From Octopus bimaculoides (lineage: Eukaryota): DNA of 32,863 bases. The translations under genes and the position numbers were made by a program. Below are positions 1 through 10,417 of the stretch, one piece after another (the stretch's first letter is position 1; each line of letters starts with the position of its first letter). Below the pieces are notes generated by a model. That model was not told the DNA's origin. It did not search any database and saw nothing but the letters and a program-made list of their open reading frames with translations. The stretch lies in the NCBI RefSeq assembly GCF_001194135.2, contig NC_069004.1, positions 20,945,611 through 20,978,473 on the forward strand, read 5' to 3'.

Positions 1-527
1 GTCCAATGAAGGAAGGTACGCATAAGTGGACTGGCTGAGGCCTTAGATCTAGGTCTCACTTGGCTTGCCGGGTCTTCTCACGCATAGCATATTTCCAAAG
101 ATCTCGATCAGAAGTCATCACCTCGGTGAGGCCCAATGTTCAAAGGTTGTGCCTCACCACCTCATCCCAGGTCTTCCTGGCCCTACCTCTTCCACAGGTT
201 CCCTCAACTGCTAGGGTGTGGCACTTTTTCACACAGCTATCTTCATCCATTCTCGCTACATGACCATACCAGCGTAATCGTCTCTCTTGCGCACCACAAC
301 TGATGCTTCGTAAGTTCAACTTTTCTCTCAAGGTACTAATACTCTGCCTAGTATGCACACTGACATTACACATCCATCGGAACATAGTGGCTTCATTCCT
401 TGCTAGCCTATGCATGTCCTCAGCAGTCATAGCCCATGTTTCACTGCCATGAAGCATGGCTGTTCGTACACATGCGTCATACAGTCTGCCTTTTACTCTG
501 AGTGAGAGGCCCCTTGTGACCAGCAGA
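1..527 (-). mobile_element. RTE-clade LINE, 3' part of ORF plus start of 3' UTR (runs off left edge)
   Basis: ORF 140..613 gives LYDACVRTAMLHGSETW...RLRWYGHVARM...GRGRARKTWDEVV, the RTE post-RT region. It is homologous to copies at 7400-7860, 16575-16847 and 18585-18914. The 5' end abuts a (CA)n tract. Confidence 0.92.
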
Positions 528-533
528 GAGACA

Positions 534-534
534 T

Positions 535-566
<32 letters not shown>
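534..566. repeat. (CA)n microsatellite
   Basis: Direct dinucleotide run. Confidence 0.95.
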
Positions 567-569
<3 letters not shown>

Positions 570-574
570 TATGT

Positions 575-1000
575 GTCTTTTTGTTTCTGTTTGTCCATCA
601 CCACCACCACCACTTGACAAATGGTACTGGTTTGTTTCTATTAGTTAGGTAAAAGATGCTATGAATGTAGGAGACTGCATGAAGAGTGGAGGAGACATCA
701 TCAACCCTCTGCAGCTGTTATTTGGGATCCCTTTCAGAGACCTCATTGCCACAAGATCTGCCTATGTCATTTTGGCATTGTTAGCCATGTCTACTCCCAT
801 GAGAAACAATGTGCTGGAGGCAGAGAATAATGAATGTCTTGGACCGACATTGTCATCACCTTTGATAGGTTGTGATAAAAAACTAAGAAACAAGGAAGCA
901 ACAAACTTAACAAAATAAGTACTGGAGTTGCTTTGTTCAACCCAAATCTTTCAAAGTGATACCCTACCATGATCGCAGCCTAATGATTGAAACAAGTAAA
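575..1000 (+). mobile_element. Degenerate 3' half of a tRNA-derived SINE, interrupted at about 650-910
   Basis: tgtttgtcc...cacttgacaa...tggtactggtttgttt (585-636) and the tail ...catgatcgcagcctaatgattgaaacaagtaaaa (968-1001) match my recollection of the middle and tail of the SINE whose head occurs at 1632 and 24841. Confidence 0.45.
655..835 (+). mobile_element. 3' fragment of a BovB/RTE-1-like LINE ORF (C-terminal C2H2-like finger)
   Basis: A + frame not shown in the ORF track reads ECRRLHEEWRRHHQPSAAVIWDPFQRPHCHKICLCHFGIVSHVYSH. This resembles the CPYC...RIGLINHLRTH terminus of the element at 11350-13933. Confidence 0.45.
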
Positions 1001-1053
1001 AAAAAAAAGATGTAAAAAAAAAGCTAGAGAAAACAAGAAAAAAAAACCCTTAC

Positions 1054-1172
1054 TCAGGATAGATTGCAACCACTTTTCTTTGATGTTTTGCTGGTTGAGT
1101 CAGATACAGGCTTCGAAGAAGAGTCATTGCCAGCTTCTACTTCTTCACATGAAGTTGGAGGTAACTTTTGAG
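1054..1172 (-). CDS. Rab5/17/22-group GTPase, last coding exon: (A)QKLPPTSCEEVEAGNDSSSKPVSDSTSKTSKKSGCNLS*
   Basis: Acceptor is ttttcctctttatcttctcag| with AG at 1173-1174. The phase-1 start (G+CT=Ala) matches the exon at 14675-14767. IAQKLP matches Rab5 IAKKLP and is followed by a hypervariable tail and terminal CNLS*. Confidence 0.88.
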
Positions 1173-1631
1173 CTGAGAAGATAAAGAGGAAAATGCATGC
1201 ATATATATGTGTGTGTATCAATGTGTGTGTATTGTACATATATGTACTTGAAAATCTTACAAAATTGAAACCGATTTACACAATAACTCTTAATCATGAA
1301 ATGAATTATGGCTAACAAAGGTAGCCATAATACACAGTGTGCATTATCCTATCTTACAATTTAGTATAAAGATGTTAAAATAAAAACATCATTACATAAA
1401 AATACAGATACCTTTCCTTTCGTTTCATAATCACTCTTCCTGACCATCAGCATAATCCTCACTTTCTTAAAATTCTAATTTAGAAGAATTTTATTGCATA
1501 TTCTATAAACCTTCATAAGAATTTAAACAGGATATACTGCAGTTTTATATATTCAGGAAATCTTAAAATAGTATCTATTCTATAGTTGTTGCCAAAGTTG
1601 ATGCATATTTGTGTGTGTGTGTGTATACATA

Positions 1632-1755
1632 GGTGCAGGCATAGCTGTGTGGTAAGAAGCTTGCTTCCCAACCACATGGTTCCGGGTTCAGTCCCACTGC
1701 ACGGCACCTTGAGCAAGTATCTTCTACTGTAGCCTCAGGTCAACCAAAGCCTTGT
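1632..1755 (+). mobile_element. tRNA-derived SINE head (3'-truncated)
   Basis: ggtgcaggcatagctgtgtggtaag (A-box-like) ... gggttcagtccc (B-box-like) ... caaccaaagccttgt. Same family as 24841-24986. Confidence 0.8.
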
Positions 1756-1899
1756 TGTACCGTTGAATTACAAATAATGCTCATCTATTATGTTCGGGTG
1801 ACCCTATAGGTTCCAATAGTACAACTGTATTCGTCTTTGCTTAGGAAAAATGAGAAATTTTAGAAATATTACTTTATTTGTGTGTAATATGTATGGTTA

Positions 1900-2035
1900 A
1901 AATTTCATCAACAGCAAAAATATATGAATTTTCATTGGGGTTATGGCCATTATGCATAGAATATAATTTCCAAATTTCATAAAGATCCCTTCAGTACTTT
2001 TGATGTAGTTTTGGATAAAAAACAAATGACTAATG
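1900..2035 (+). mobile_element. Possible non-autonomous Helitron-like (Lep1/DINE-type) fragment
   Basis: ccaaatttcataaagatcccttcagtacttttgatgtag followed by a microsatellite. The resemblance is from memory only. Confidence 0.25.
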
Positions 2036-2385
2036 TGTGTGTCTGTGTGCATGTGTATGTGTGTGTCTGTGTGCATGTGTATGTGTGTGTATATATGTAT
2101 AGATATCTGTACGCATGTATATATGTGTGTATATGTGTACATATTACATGTACATCTATATATATACATCTACACATATGTATACATATAGATTTATATC
2201 TATATATATATATATACATATACGTGTACATATACATCTATATGCATACATGTATACATATACATCTCTCTGTGTCTTTCTCTCTCTCTATATATATATA
2301 TATACATGTATATAGATACATTTGTGCAGATATATATATGCATGTATGTATGTATATATGTATGTATGCCTGTAGATATGTGTGA
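2030..2385. repeat. Compound (TA/TG/CA)n low-complexity tract
   Basis: Direct inspection. It generates the spurious YI/CV/HT-rich ORFs. Confidence 0.95.
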
Positions 2386-2614
2386 GTATAGTTTCACCAT
2401 AGTAGATTCAGTATGAAAATGAAACCATGAAAGTGAAAGTATCTGTCATTACAGTATCAAAATGTGATCGTTTCAGTTTTGATACTGAAATAGTGGAAAG
2501 GTTTCATTTTTAAAGAGAAAGTATTTGACATGAGTGTTTTTGTTTCACTTTTGATATGTAATAGTTAAATAGTGGAGGAGATATGATGTTGCTGTGGGCT
2601 CGAACTATGCAAGA

Positions 2615-2760
2615 AGTTAAACATTTTTTGACTAAAACACAATCGGGACCCTAAGTAAGAAATGTGTAAAATTTGAATGAAATTGGTTGTGTAGTTCTGG
2701 AGTTTTAGGGATTCACACAGACACACGCACACACACAGACATACATTCTCATTTATGTGT
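2615..2760 (+). mobile_element. Possible Helitron-like (Lep1-type) 3' fragment
   Basis: aaatttgaatgaaattggttgtgtagttctggagttttagggattcacacagacac...cattctcatttat has the layout of Lep1-like 3' ends. Not verifiable here. Confidence 0.3.
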
Positions 2761-2811
2761 AAATATATATATATACACACACACACACATATATATATAT
2801 ACATATATATA

Positions 2812-3283
2812 NNNNNNNNNNNNNNNNNNNNNNNNNNNNNNNNNNNNNNNNNNNNNNNNNNNNNNNNNNNNNNNNNNNNNNNNNNNNNNNNNNNNNNNNN
2901 NNNNNNNNNNNNNNNNNNNNNNNNNNNNNNNNNNNNNNNNNNNNNNNNNNNNNNNNNNNNNNNNNNNNNNNNNNNNNNNNNNNNNNNNNNNNNNNNNNNN
3001 NNNNNNNNNNNNNNNNNNNNNNNNNNNNNNNNNNNNNNNNNNNNNNNNNNNNNNNNNNNNNNNNNNNNNNNNNNNNNNNNNNNNNNNNNNNNNNNNNNNN
3101 NNNNNNNNNNNNNNNNNNNNNNNNNNNNNNNNNNNNNNNNNNNNNNNNNNNNNNNNNNNNNNNNNNNNNNNNNNNNNNNNNNNNNNNNNNNNNNNNNNNN
3201 NNNNNNNNNNNNNNNNNNNNNNNNNNNNNNNNNNNNNNNNNNNNNNNNNNNNNNNNNNNNNNNNNNNNNNNNNNNNNNNNNNN
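2812..3283. other. Assembly gap (N). Other gaps: 16061-16574, 19789-20187, 20715-21031, 24391-24771, 28185-29018
   Basis: N runs, mostly flanked by (TA)n or poly-T. Confidence 1.
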
Positions 3284-3600
3284 CCACTGAGGTGTGGGCT
3301 GGAGCATTGTCGTGATGAAAAAGGACTCCTCTGGTGAGCATTCCCGGTCTTTTTTCTTTGATTGCTTCTCGGAGGCGTTTCAGTAACTGAGAATAATACA
3401 GCCCTGTCATGGTGTGACCCTTTACAAGGTAATCGATCAGCAAGACAACTTGAGAATCCAAAAAAACTGACACCATGACCTTGCCAGCTGAAGGAATGAC
3501 CCTGGCCTTCTTTGGGGTAAGAGAAATTGTGTGCTTCCACTGCTTTGATTGTTCTTTGGTTTCAGGCTGGTAGTGATGAACCCAACTTTTGTCCATCTGA
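3284..3600 (-). mobile_element. Mariner (DD34D-type) transposase catalytic-core fragment
   Basis: MDKSWVHHYQPETKEQSKQW...SAGKVMVSVF...GVLFHHDNAPAHTS. Its 3' part runs into the gap and its 5' part is missing. Confidence 0.9.
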
Positions 3601-3655
3601 AGTGTTAAAGAGAAAATTTTTTTAAATGTTTCTGCAAGAATTCTTGGACAAACTA

Positions 3656-4907
3656 CAGAGGTTGGACAAAATAATGGAAACATCATACAATTTCAAACAA
3701 ATTTATTTTAATATGGGTTAGTACCACCTTTGGCAGTAATTGCAGCTTGAATTCTATGAGGTATGGACTTATACAAAATTTGAATTGTTTCCAAAGGAAT
3801 TTTTGTCCATTCTTCAGTTAAAACAGTCTCCAGTTCTTGTAGTAATGCTGGTGGAGGATATAAACTCCTTGTTTTTCTAAAATGCACCATGAATGTTCAA
3901 TAATATTGAGATCTGGGGACTGTGGTAGACAGAAAAGATGTTGAACTTCATTAGGATATTCCTTAGGCCATTCAGTAACAACTTTAGCTGTGTGAATTGG
4001 TGCATTATCATCCTGAAAGATTGCATTTCCCTCCGTTAACAGTTCCACAACCATAGGATGAATTTGATCAGATAAAATGCCTAAATAGTCTTGACTATTA
4101 ATTCTGCCACGAAGGGAAACCATTGGGACAGTGGATTTCCAATATATAGCCCACCAGATCATCATGGATCCTCCTCCATGTTTAACAGTTGGTTGAAGGT
4201 AGTCTGGGTCAAATGCTTCTTTTGGCTGTCTCCACATGTATACTCGGCCAGTGGTTGGAAATAACTCGTCTGAAAAAATAACATTCTTCTACTGCTCTAG
4301 GGACCAATTCTGTAGGTTTTTACCCCACTCTAAACACTTTGCAATGTTTGTTTTTGAAAGTAGTGGTTTTCTGATTGCAGCCCTCCCGTGAAATCTGGCT
4401 TTGTGCAGCCCCTGGTGAACAGTTTTTGTGGAAACTGGATTCTTGAGGTGGTCATTAAGTTCTACAGTAATTTTGGGAGCTGTAATTTTGTAATCTTTTC
4501 TAACAATTCGTGTAAGAGTCCGAGGGTCTCTATCTGAAAGTTTTGGTTTTCTTCCGGAGTTTTGTATCAACAGGGAGGTTTTTCTCTCTTTCTCAAAGGT
4601 TGTCATTACTTTCAAGACAGTACTTCTTGATACACCAAACATTTTGGCTGTTTTCGTTAGGCTAGCACATGCCATACAAGCACCAACAATTTGACCTCTT
4701 TGAAAGTCCAATAGATCTATCATTTTAATGAATTTTAATTACCTTTTTCTGATATGTGAAAAGAAACAGCAATTTTAGCAAAACATACTAAGCAACCCTA
4801 ATAATAAATGAAAAAACAAAAATAAACAAGCTTTTGATGGTTTTATAGATATTTCAAAATTATGATGCTATGATGCTCGGTGTTTCCATTATTTTGTCCA
4901 ACCCCTG
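3656..4907 (-). mobile_element. Complete Tc1-like DNA transposon with DD36E triad (Incomer/IC-like); transposase pseudogene 3708-4723
   Basis: 27-bp TIRs CAG(A/G)GGTTGGACAAAATAATGGAAACA at 3656-3682 and 4881-4907 with 1 mismatch. TA TSD at 3654-55 and 4908-09. It has an HTH N-terminus, FSDE (Asp at 4268-4270) and QDDN-x-IIE with 36 residues between D and E. One TAG, a short in-frame deletion and one frameshift are visible. Confidence 0.95.
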
Positions 4908-5304
4908 TAGGTCTATGCACAAAGAGTGTAGCGTGTTTTGAATTAGATGATAACATTACACCTGTGTTCAAGCCTAATAGGAAAGTGCCTTTTGTGGCAA
5001 TAAAGCAAGTGGACGATGAGTTGGACATATTGCAAAAAAAAATGGAATCATTGAAAAAGTGGATCACATGAAATATGCAGCTCTGGCTATATGTATAAAA
5101 AAGAAAAATAACAAAATTAGGTTGTGTGCCAATTTTTTGACCAGTTTAAATGACTGTTTAAAAATGAACCATTATCCACTACCAATCCCAGAAGATATTT
5201 TTACAAAACTAAATGGAGAAAGATATTTTCAAAACTCGATCTGTCTGATGCATATCTACAAATCAAAGTAGATAAAAGATGCTCAAAGCTGTTAACGGTG
5301 AACA

Positions 5305-8300
5305 TGAACATGTTGGATGGCAATCTGGTATCTTCACTGGTGTACACGGGGGCTACGGTATTGGCTCCCGAAACGAAGAGGGAACTAGGCAACTGGAGTT
5401 CTGTGATACATGTAACCTTTTTAATCTGCAACACTAACTTCAGGAAGCCAGACAACTACCTGATAACCAATCAATCAGGTGACTCTACTAGCCAAATTGA
5501 TTTCATTCTCACCAGACAGTGGGACGCAGGGTTATTCTTAAATACAAAGACCCTCCCAGATGAAGAATGTACTTCCCAGCATAGACTAATCGTTAGTGAC
5601 TTTAGACTTGAGGCCAGAAGGATGCCAAGAAGCAGACCAATCCAGAAAAAAAAAATGGATTTGGAAGCTTAAGAACCCTTCACAGAGATTTAGGGACATA
5701 CTCATCAAGAAATTTGATGAGAGGGAGGAGATGAGGAGCTACAGAACTTGGACATAGAAGGTAGCTGGAAATTCCTATGGGACAGCTTACTGAATGCCAC
5801 AGACCAAGTCTGCGGATGCTGCAAAGTCCCTTCCAGACCAAGAGTAATGTGGTGGTGGAACAATATGGTAGACAAAGCCATTAGAGCAAAGAAACAGGCT
5901 GCAAAGCCTGGAAGAGTCGGGGTAGCGGGGAACTGTACCAGATAGCCAGAAGGGAGGCTGGACAACAGGTATACATAGCCAAGGGAGAAGCAGAAAAGAA
6001 GACGTTTTCCAATGTCCAGCAACATGAAGGCCAAAGAACTGAAGTATTTTGGATTGTAAGACAGTGTGTGAGACAAAACTGTGATGTTACAGGAGCAAAA
6101 TGTGTCCGCATGGATGATGATGCACTTGCTTTTAATGATTCGGAAAAGAAAGAGGCTTGGAGAAGCCATTATGAAAGACTGCTAAATGTGGAGAATGAAT
6201 GGAAGGAGGAGAGCCTGCCAAATGTTGACCCAGTAGAGGGACCAGCTATCCGAATAGATAAAGCAATTAAGGGTATGAAGCCAAGAAAAGCCCCTGGCCC
6301 ATCTGGAATCACTGCTGAGATGCTTAAAACATCTAGTGGTGTGGGCTACGGCCTAGTCACCTGCATTGTAAACCAGGGAGTTCATGACGGAGTCATACCC
6401 AATGACTGGCATAGCGCACCATAGTCAACTGCTACAAGGGTAAAGGTGATAGACATAACTACAGATGTATCAAACTGCTGGATCAGGTGATGAAGAACAC
6501 GGAGAATGTCATAGCCCAACTAATTAGGGAGAGAGTCTGCATAGATGCGATGCAGTTCAGTTTTGTACCAGGTAGAAGCACCACTAATGCTATATTCCTG
6601 ATGTGGAAACTGCAGGAGAAATACTTATCCAAAGATAAATCCCTATACTTGGCTTTTGTGGACTTGGTGAAAACCTTTGACAGGGTCCCCCAATCCCTTA
6701 TCTGGTGGGCGATGCAGAAGCTGGGTATTGACGAATGATTCATAAGGGCTGTACAGGCTCTATACAGAGATGCTGTTAGAAAGGTTAGGGTTGGCAATGA
6801 GTATAGTGAAGAATTCTGAGTAAAAGTAGGGGTCCACCAAGGATCAGCCCACAGCCCCTTCTTATTTATTATAGTCCTCCAGGTAATAACAAAGGAATTC
6901 AAGACAGGTTGTCCCTGGGAGCTCCTCTATGCAGAATCACTACCAGAACTAGAGAAGAAATTCCAAGTGTGGAAGCAAGGTTTTGAGTTGAAGGTCCTTA
7001 AAATCAATGTCGCAAAGACCAAAGTCCTAGTAAGTAGGAAGGCAAACAAATCACACACCCCTTCAGGTAGATGGCCCTGCTCGAACTGTAGAAAAGTTGT
7101 AGGTAGAAACTCCATAAGATGTACCCAGTGTAAGCTATGGACGCATAAGAGATGCAGCAACATCAAAGGAAGATTAACTGGGAAGATAGCTTTCGTCTGC
7201 AGCAGATGCACAGGGTCAATAAACACCACAGATACTCAGAAAACAGATTCCATCACATACCAAGGGGAGAAACTAGAAGTAGTTGATAGTCTCCACTACC
7301 TAGGGGACCAAGTCAGTAGTGGGGATGGATGCTCAGAGAGCGTTACCACTAGAATAAGTGTTGCCTGGGCAAAGTTCAGACTGCTTCTACTCATACTGGT
7401 GACAAAGGGTCTCTAGCTCAGAGTGAAAGGTAGATTGTATGATGCATGTGTACAAACTGCCATGCTTCATAGCAGTGAAACATGAGCTGTGACTGCTGAT
7501 GACATGTGTAGGCTCAAAAAAATGAAGCTAGCATGATCCACTGGATGTGCAATGTCAGTGTGCACAGACGACAGAGTATAAGTGTCCTGAGAGAAATGTT
7601 GGACATAAGAAGCATCAGATGTGGTGTGCAAGAGAGATGTTTGCATTGGTATGGTCATTTACTACAGGTGGATGAGGTGAGCTGTGTGAAGAAGTGCCAC
7701 TCCCAAACAGTGGAAGGAATCTGGGGTAGAAGGAGACCCAGGAAGACATGGGATGAAGTGATGAAGCATGACCATTGAATGTTGGGCCTCAAAGAGGAAA
7801 TGATGAAAGACTGAGACCTCTGGAGATATGCTGTGACTGAGAAGACCCAGCAAATAAAGTGAGATCACAGCTATAATCTACACCAGTGTACTCTTAGAGT
7901 GTAGGCCAACATGCCATGTTTGAGGAGACCTATTGAGTCAAGTACATTGGCATCAAAATAAAATCAAATCACAATCAAATGGAAATTGTAGTTCTGGTCC
8001 CCGTGCTGGTGGCATGTAAAAAGCACCATCCAAACATGGTCAATGCCAGACCCCTTGCTCCGACTGGCTTCTGTGCTGGTGGCACGTAAAAAGCACCATC
8101 CGAATGTGGCTGATGCCAACACTGCCTTGACTGGCTCCCGTGCCAGTGGCACGTAAAAGCACCATTCAAACGTGGTCGATGCCAGCCCCCTCTGACCCCT
8201 GTGCCAGTGGCATGTAAAAGCACCATCCAAACATGGTCGATGCCAGCCCTCTCTGGCTCCCATGCCAGTGGTACGTAAAAAGTACTATCTGATCGTTGTT

Positions 8301-8510
8301 GATGCCAGCCCCCTCTGGCCCCTGTGCCAGTGGCACGTAAAAAGTACCCATTACACTCTCGGAGTGGTTGGCGTTAGGAAGGGCATTCAGCTGTAGAAAC
8401 ATTGCCAGATCAGACTGGTGCCTAGTGCAGCCTCCTGACTTTCCAAACCCCAGTCGAACCGTCCAACCCATGCCAGCATGGAAAACGGACGCTAAACGAT
8501 GATGACGACG
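5305..8510 (+). mobile_element. RTE-clade LINE, 5'-truncated in the endonuclease, inactive; RT with internal PHD-type finger, 3' UTR tandem array and (GAT/GAC)n tail
   Basis: EN motifs (HVG...GVHGGYG...RNEEG; QIDFIL; SQHRL) and RT motifs (KAPGPSG, QFSFVPGRSTT, AFVDLVKTFDRVP, HQGS, ELLYA, YLG) are present. The tail is ...gctaaacgatgatgacgacg. Removing it restores the Gypsy frame TVN-THS. Confidence 0.95.
8003..8350 (+). repeat. Six about 61-70-bp tandem units in the RTE 3' UTR
   Basis: Unit starts are at about 8003, 8073, 8140, 8201, 8262 and 8324, each reading RTGCYRGTGGYAYGTAAAA(A)GYAC. Confidence 0.92.
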
Positions 8511-10417
8511 ACACACAGTGATCTATACAAATACAACAGACCACCTTTTGGACTGAAAGTAACACCCACAATATTCCAACAGATGATGGATGCGATGTTG
8601 GCAGACTGTCAAGTTGCTATTCCTTACATTGATGATGTGTTAATCAAAAGCAAATTGTAGAATGAGCATATCAAACATGTGAAGTGCATCTTTAAAAGAA
8701 TTAAGGATCATGATTTCATACTTAGTGAAGAAAAATGTGAACTTTTTTTGCCTAAAATCAAATAGCTAAGTCAAATCATAGATATGAATGGAAGACGTCC
8801 TGACTTGTCAAGGGCAGACACAATCAAGAATATGCCTCCTCCAATAAATATACTGACATTACAAGCTTTCCTTGGCCAAGTAAATTACTATCAACAGTAC
8901 ATTTCTAATTTACAATAATTGAGAGCACCATTAAATGGTTTACTAAAACAAGGAGTAAAATGGAATTGGTCAGTAAACTGCCAAAACACATTTGAAAACA
9001 AAGAAAATACTAATTTCTGACTTATCACAAATGCATTTCGATCCGAGAATGGACATTGTTGTAGCAACTGATGCTTCGAAGTATGGAATAGGAGCAGTCT
9101 TGCTACACAAGTATAAAGATTGAAATATGAAGCCAAATGTTCATACTTCGTGTTCGCTGATAGCAGCATAAAAGAAAGTATAGTAAAAAAGGAAGCTCTA
9201 TCAATTATTTTTGCGGTAAAAAATTTCACAAAATTCTACATGGTATAAGTTTTTTGTTATGAACAGTCCATTGGCCAGTACTATCAATTTTTGGATCAAA
9301 GAAAGGATTGCCTACCCATACAGGAAACCAACTACAATGCTGGCATACAATATTGCTGAACTACAATTTTAAGATGCAGTATATTCTATTGAAGAAAATT
9401 GGTCATGCAGACTGCTTACCAAGGCTAATTCCCAAGAGCATGGAACCGCTATAAGAGACCATGATAGTGTCATTGCAGTCAGAAAATGAAGTAAGAATTA
9501 TTGTGTATAATATAATCCAGAAACTGCCAGTGACAGCGCAAGATATAAAAATGAAATCTGCAAAGAAATTTACTTTACAAGAATGAAAGAAACATTGAAA
9601 AATAAGCATAATAAAAAATACAAATTCAAATAATTTCTCACTATGCGACAATGTCCTAAGCACAGAGAGTAATAGTACCAAGTTCCTACTCAAGTTCTTT
9701 GCTTGATATGGTGTTCCAGGCATGTTAGCTTCAGATAATGGAACACAATTCACAGGATATGAATTAAGAAATTTCTGCAAAATACATGCCATAAAGATCA
9801 AATGGGCAGGTATTAAGATTTGTCAACACATTCGAAAGAGCTCTAAGAAAAGCTAGGAACCAGCTAGATAATGACAAGGCACTAACGAAACTTTTGAAAG
9901 TATATAGAATAACGCCAAATCCGAATACTAATTCAGGAAAGTTACCAGCAGAGTGAATGTTTGTGCGTAAAATAAAATCGATCTTCGATAAATTATTGCC
10001 AGGAAAAAATACATATAAATGAAAGACAAAAAATACATTTGACGGAAATACAAGAAATATTACAAAATATTTCGAAGTAGTAGATTTAAAAATTACAAAA
10101 CTGGTAAAGAAGGTTGGGAGGATGTCTGTGTAATCAAAAGATTAGATAACATGATGTATTTAATTACAGAACAACATTTGGAACATAAGAGACACATTAA
10201 CCAGTTAAAGACGAAACATACAGAAGAATGGAGGGTAATAGCAATGGAAGTCTTCTATAATATGTTTGAAGTGCCAGCACCGAGAGAGATTGAACCCCAT
10301 AGGACTAGCTTCAGAAAATGAAAACAAACTGAATATCTGGTAATACCTAAACGAAAAAGATATCAGATTTAAAAAAAAAACAAAAAAACGAGTGCTTAGT
10401 ACAATGAAAAGAAAAAG

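Noticed and set aside
1897-2400. Cluster of overlapping YI/HT/CV-rich ORFs
   Set aside because: These are translations of dinucleotide microsatellites.
2452-2490. Short inverted repeats (cagtatcaaaa/ttttgatactg)
   Set aside because: An 11-bp AT-rich stem is plausible by chance or part of a decayed repeat, and nothing supports a function.
2565-3686. Long ORFs spanning N runs (also 15925-16819, 19742-20224, 20684-21151, 24244-24993, 28027-29101)
   Set aside because: Their length comes from X codons in assembly gaps. Only the flanking mariner, RTE and Rab pieces are real.
7964-8516. Repetitive ORFs and regularly spaced repeats resembling a CRISPR array
   Set aside because: The units are whole-length degenerate tandem repeats in a LINE 3' UTR. 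There are no unique spacers or cas genes, and the context is eukaryotic.
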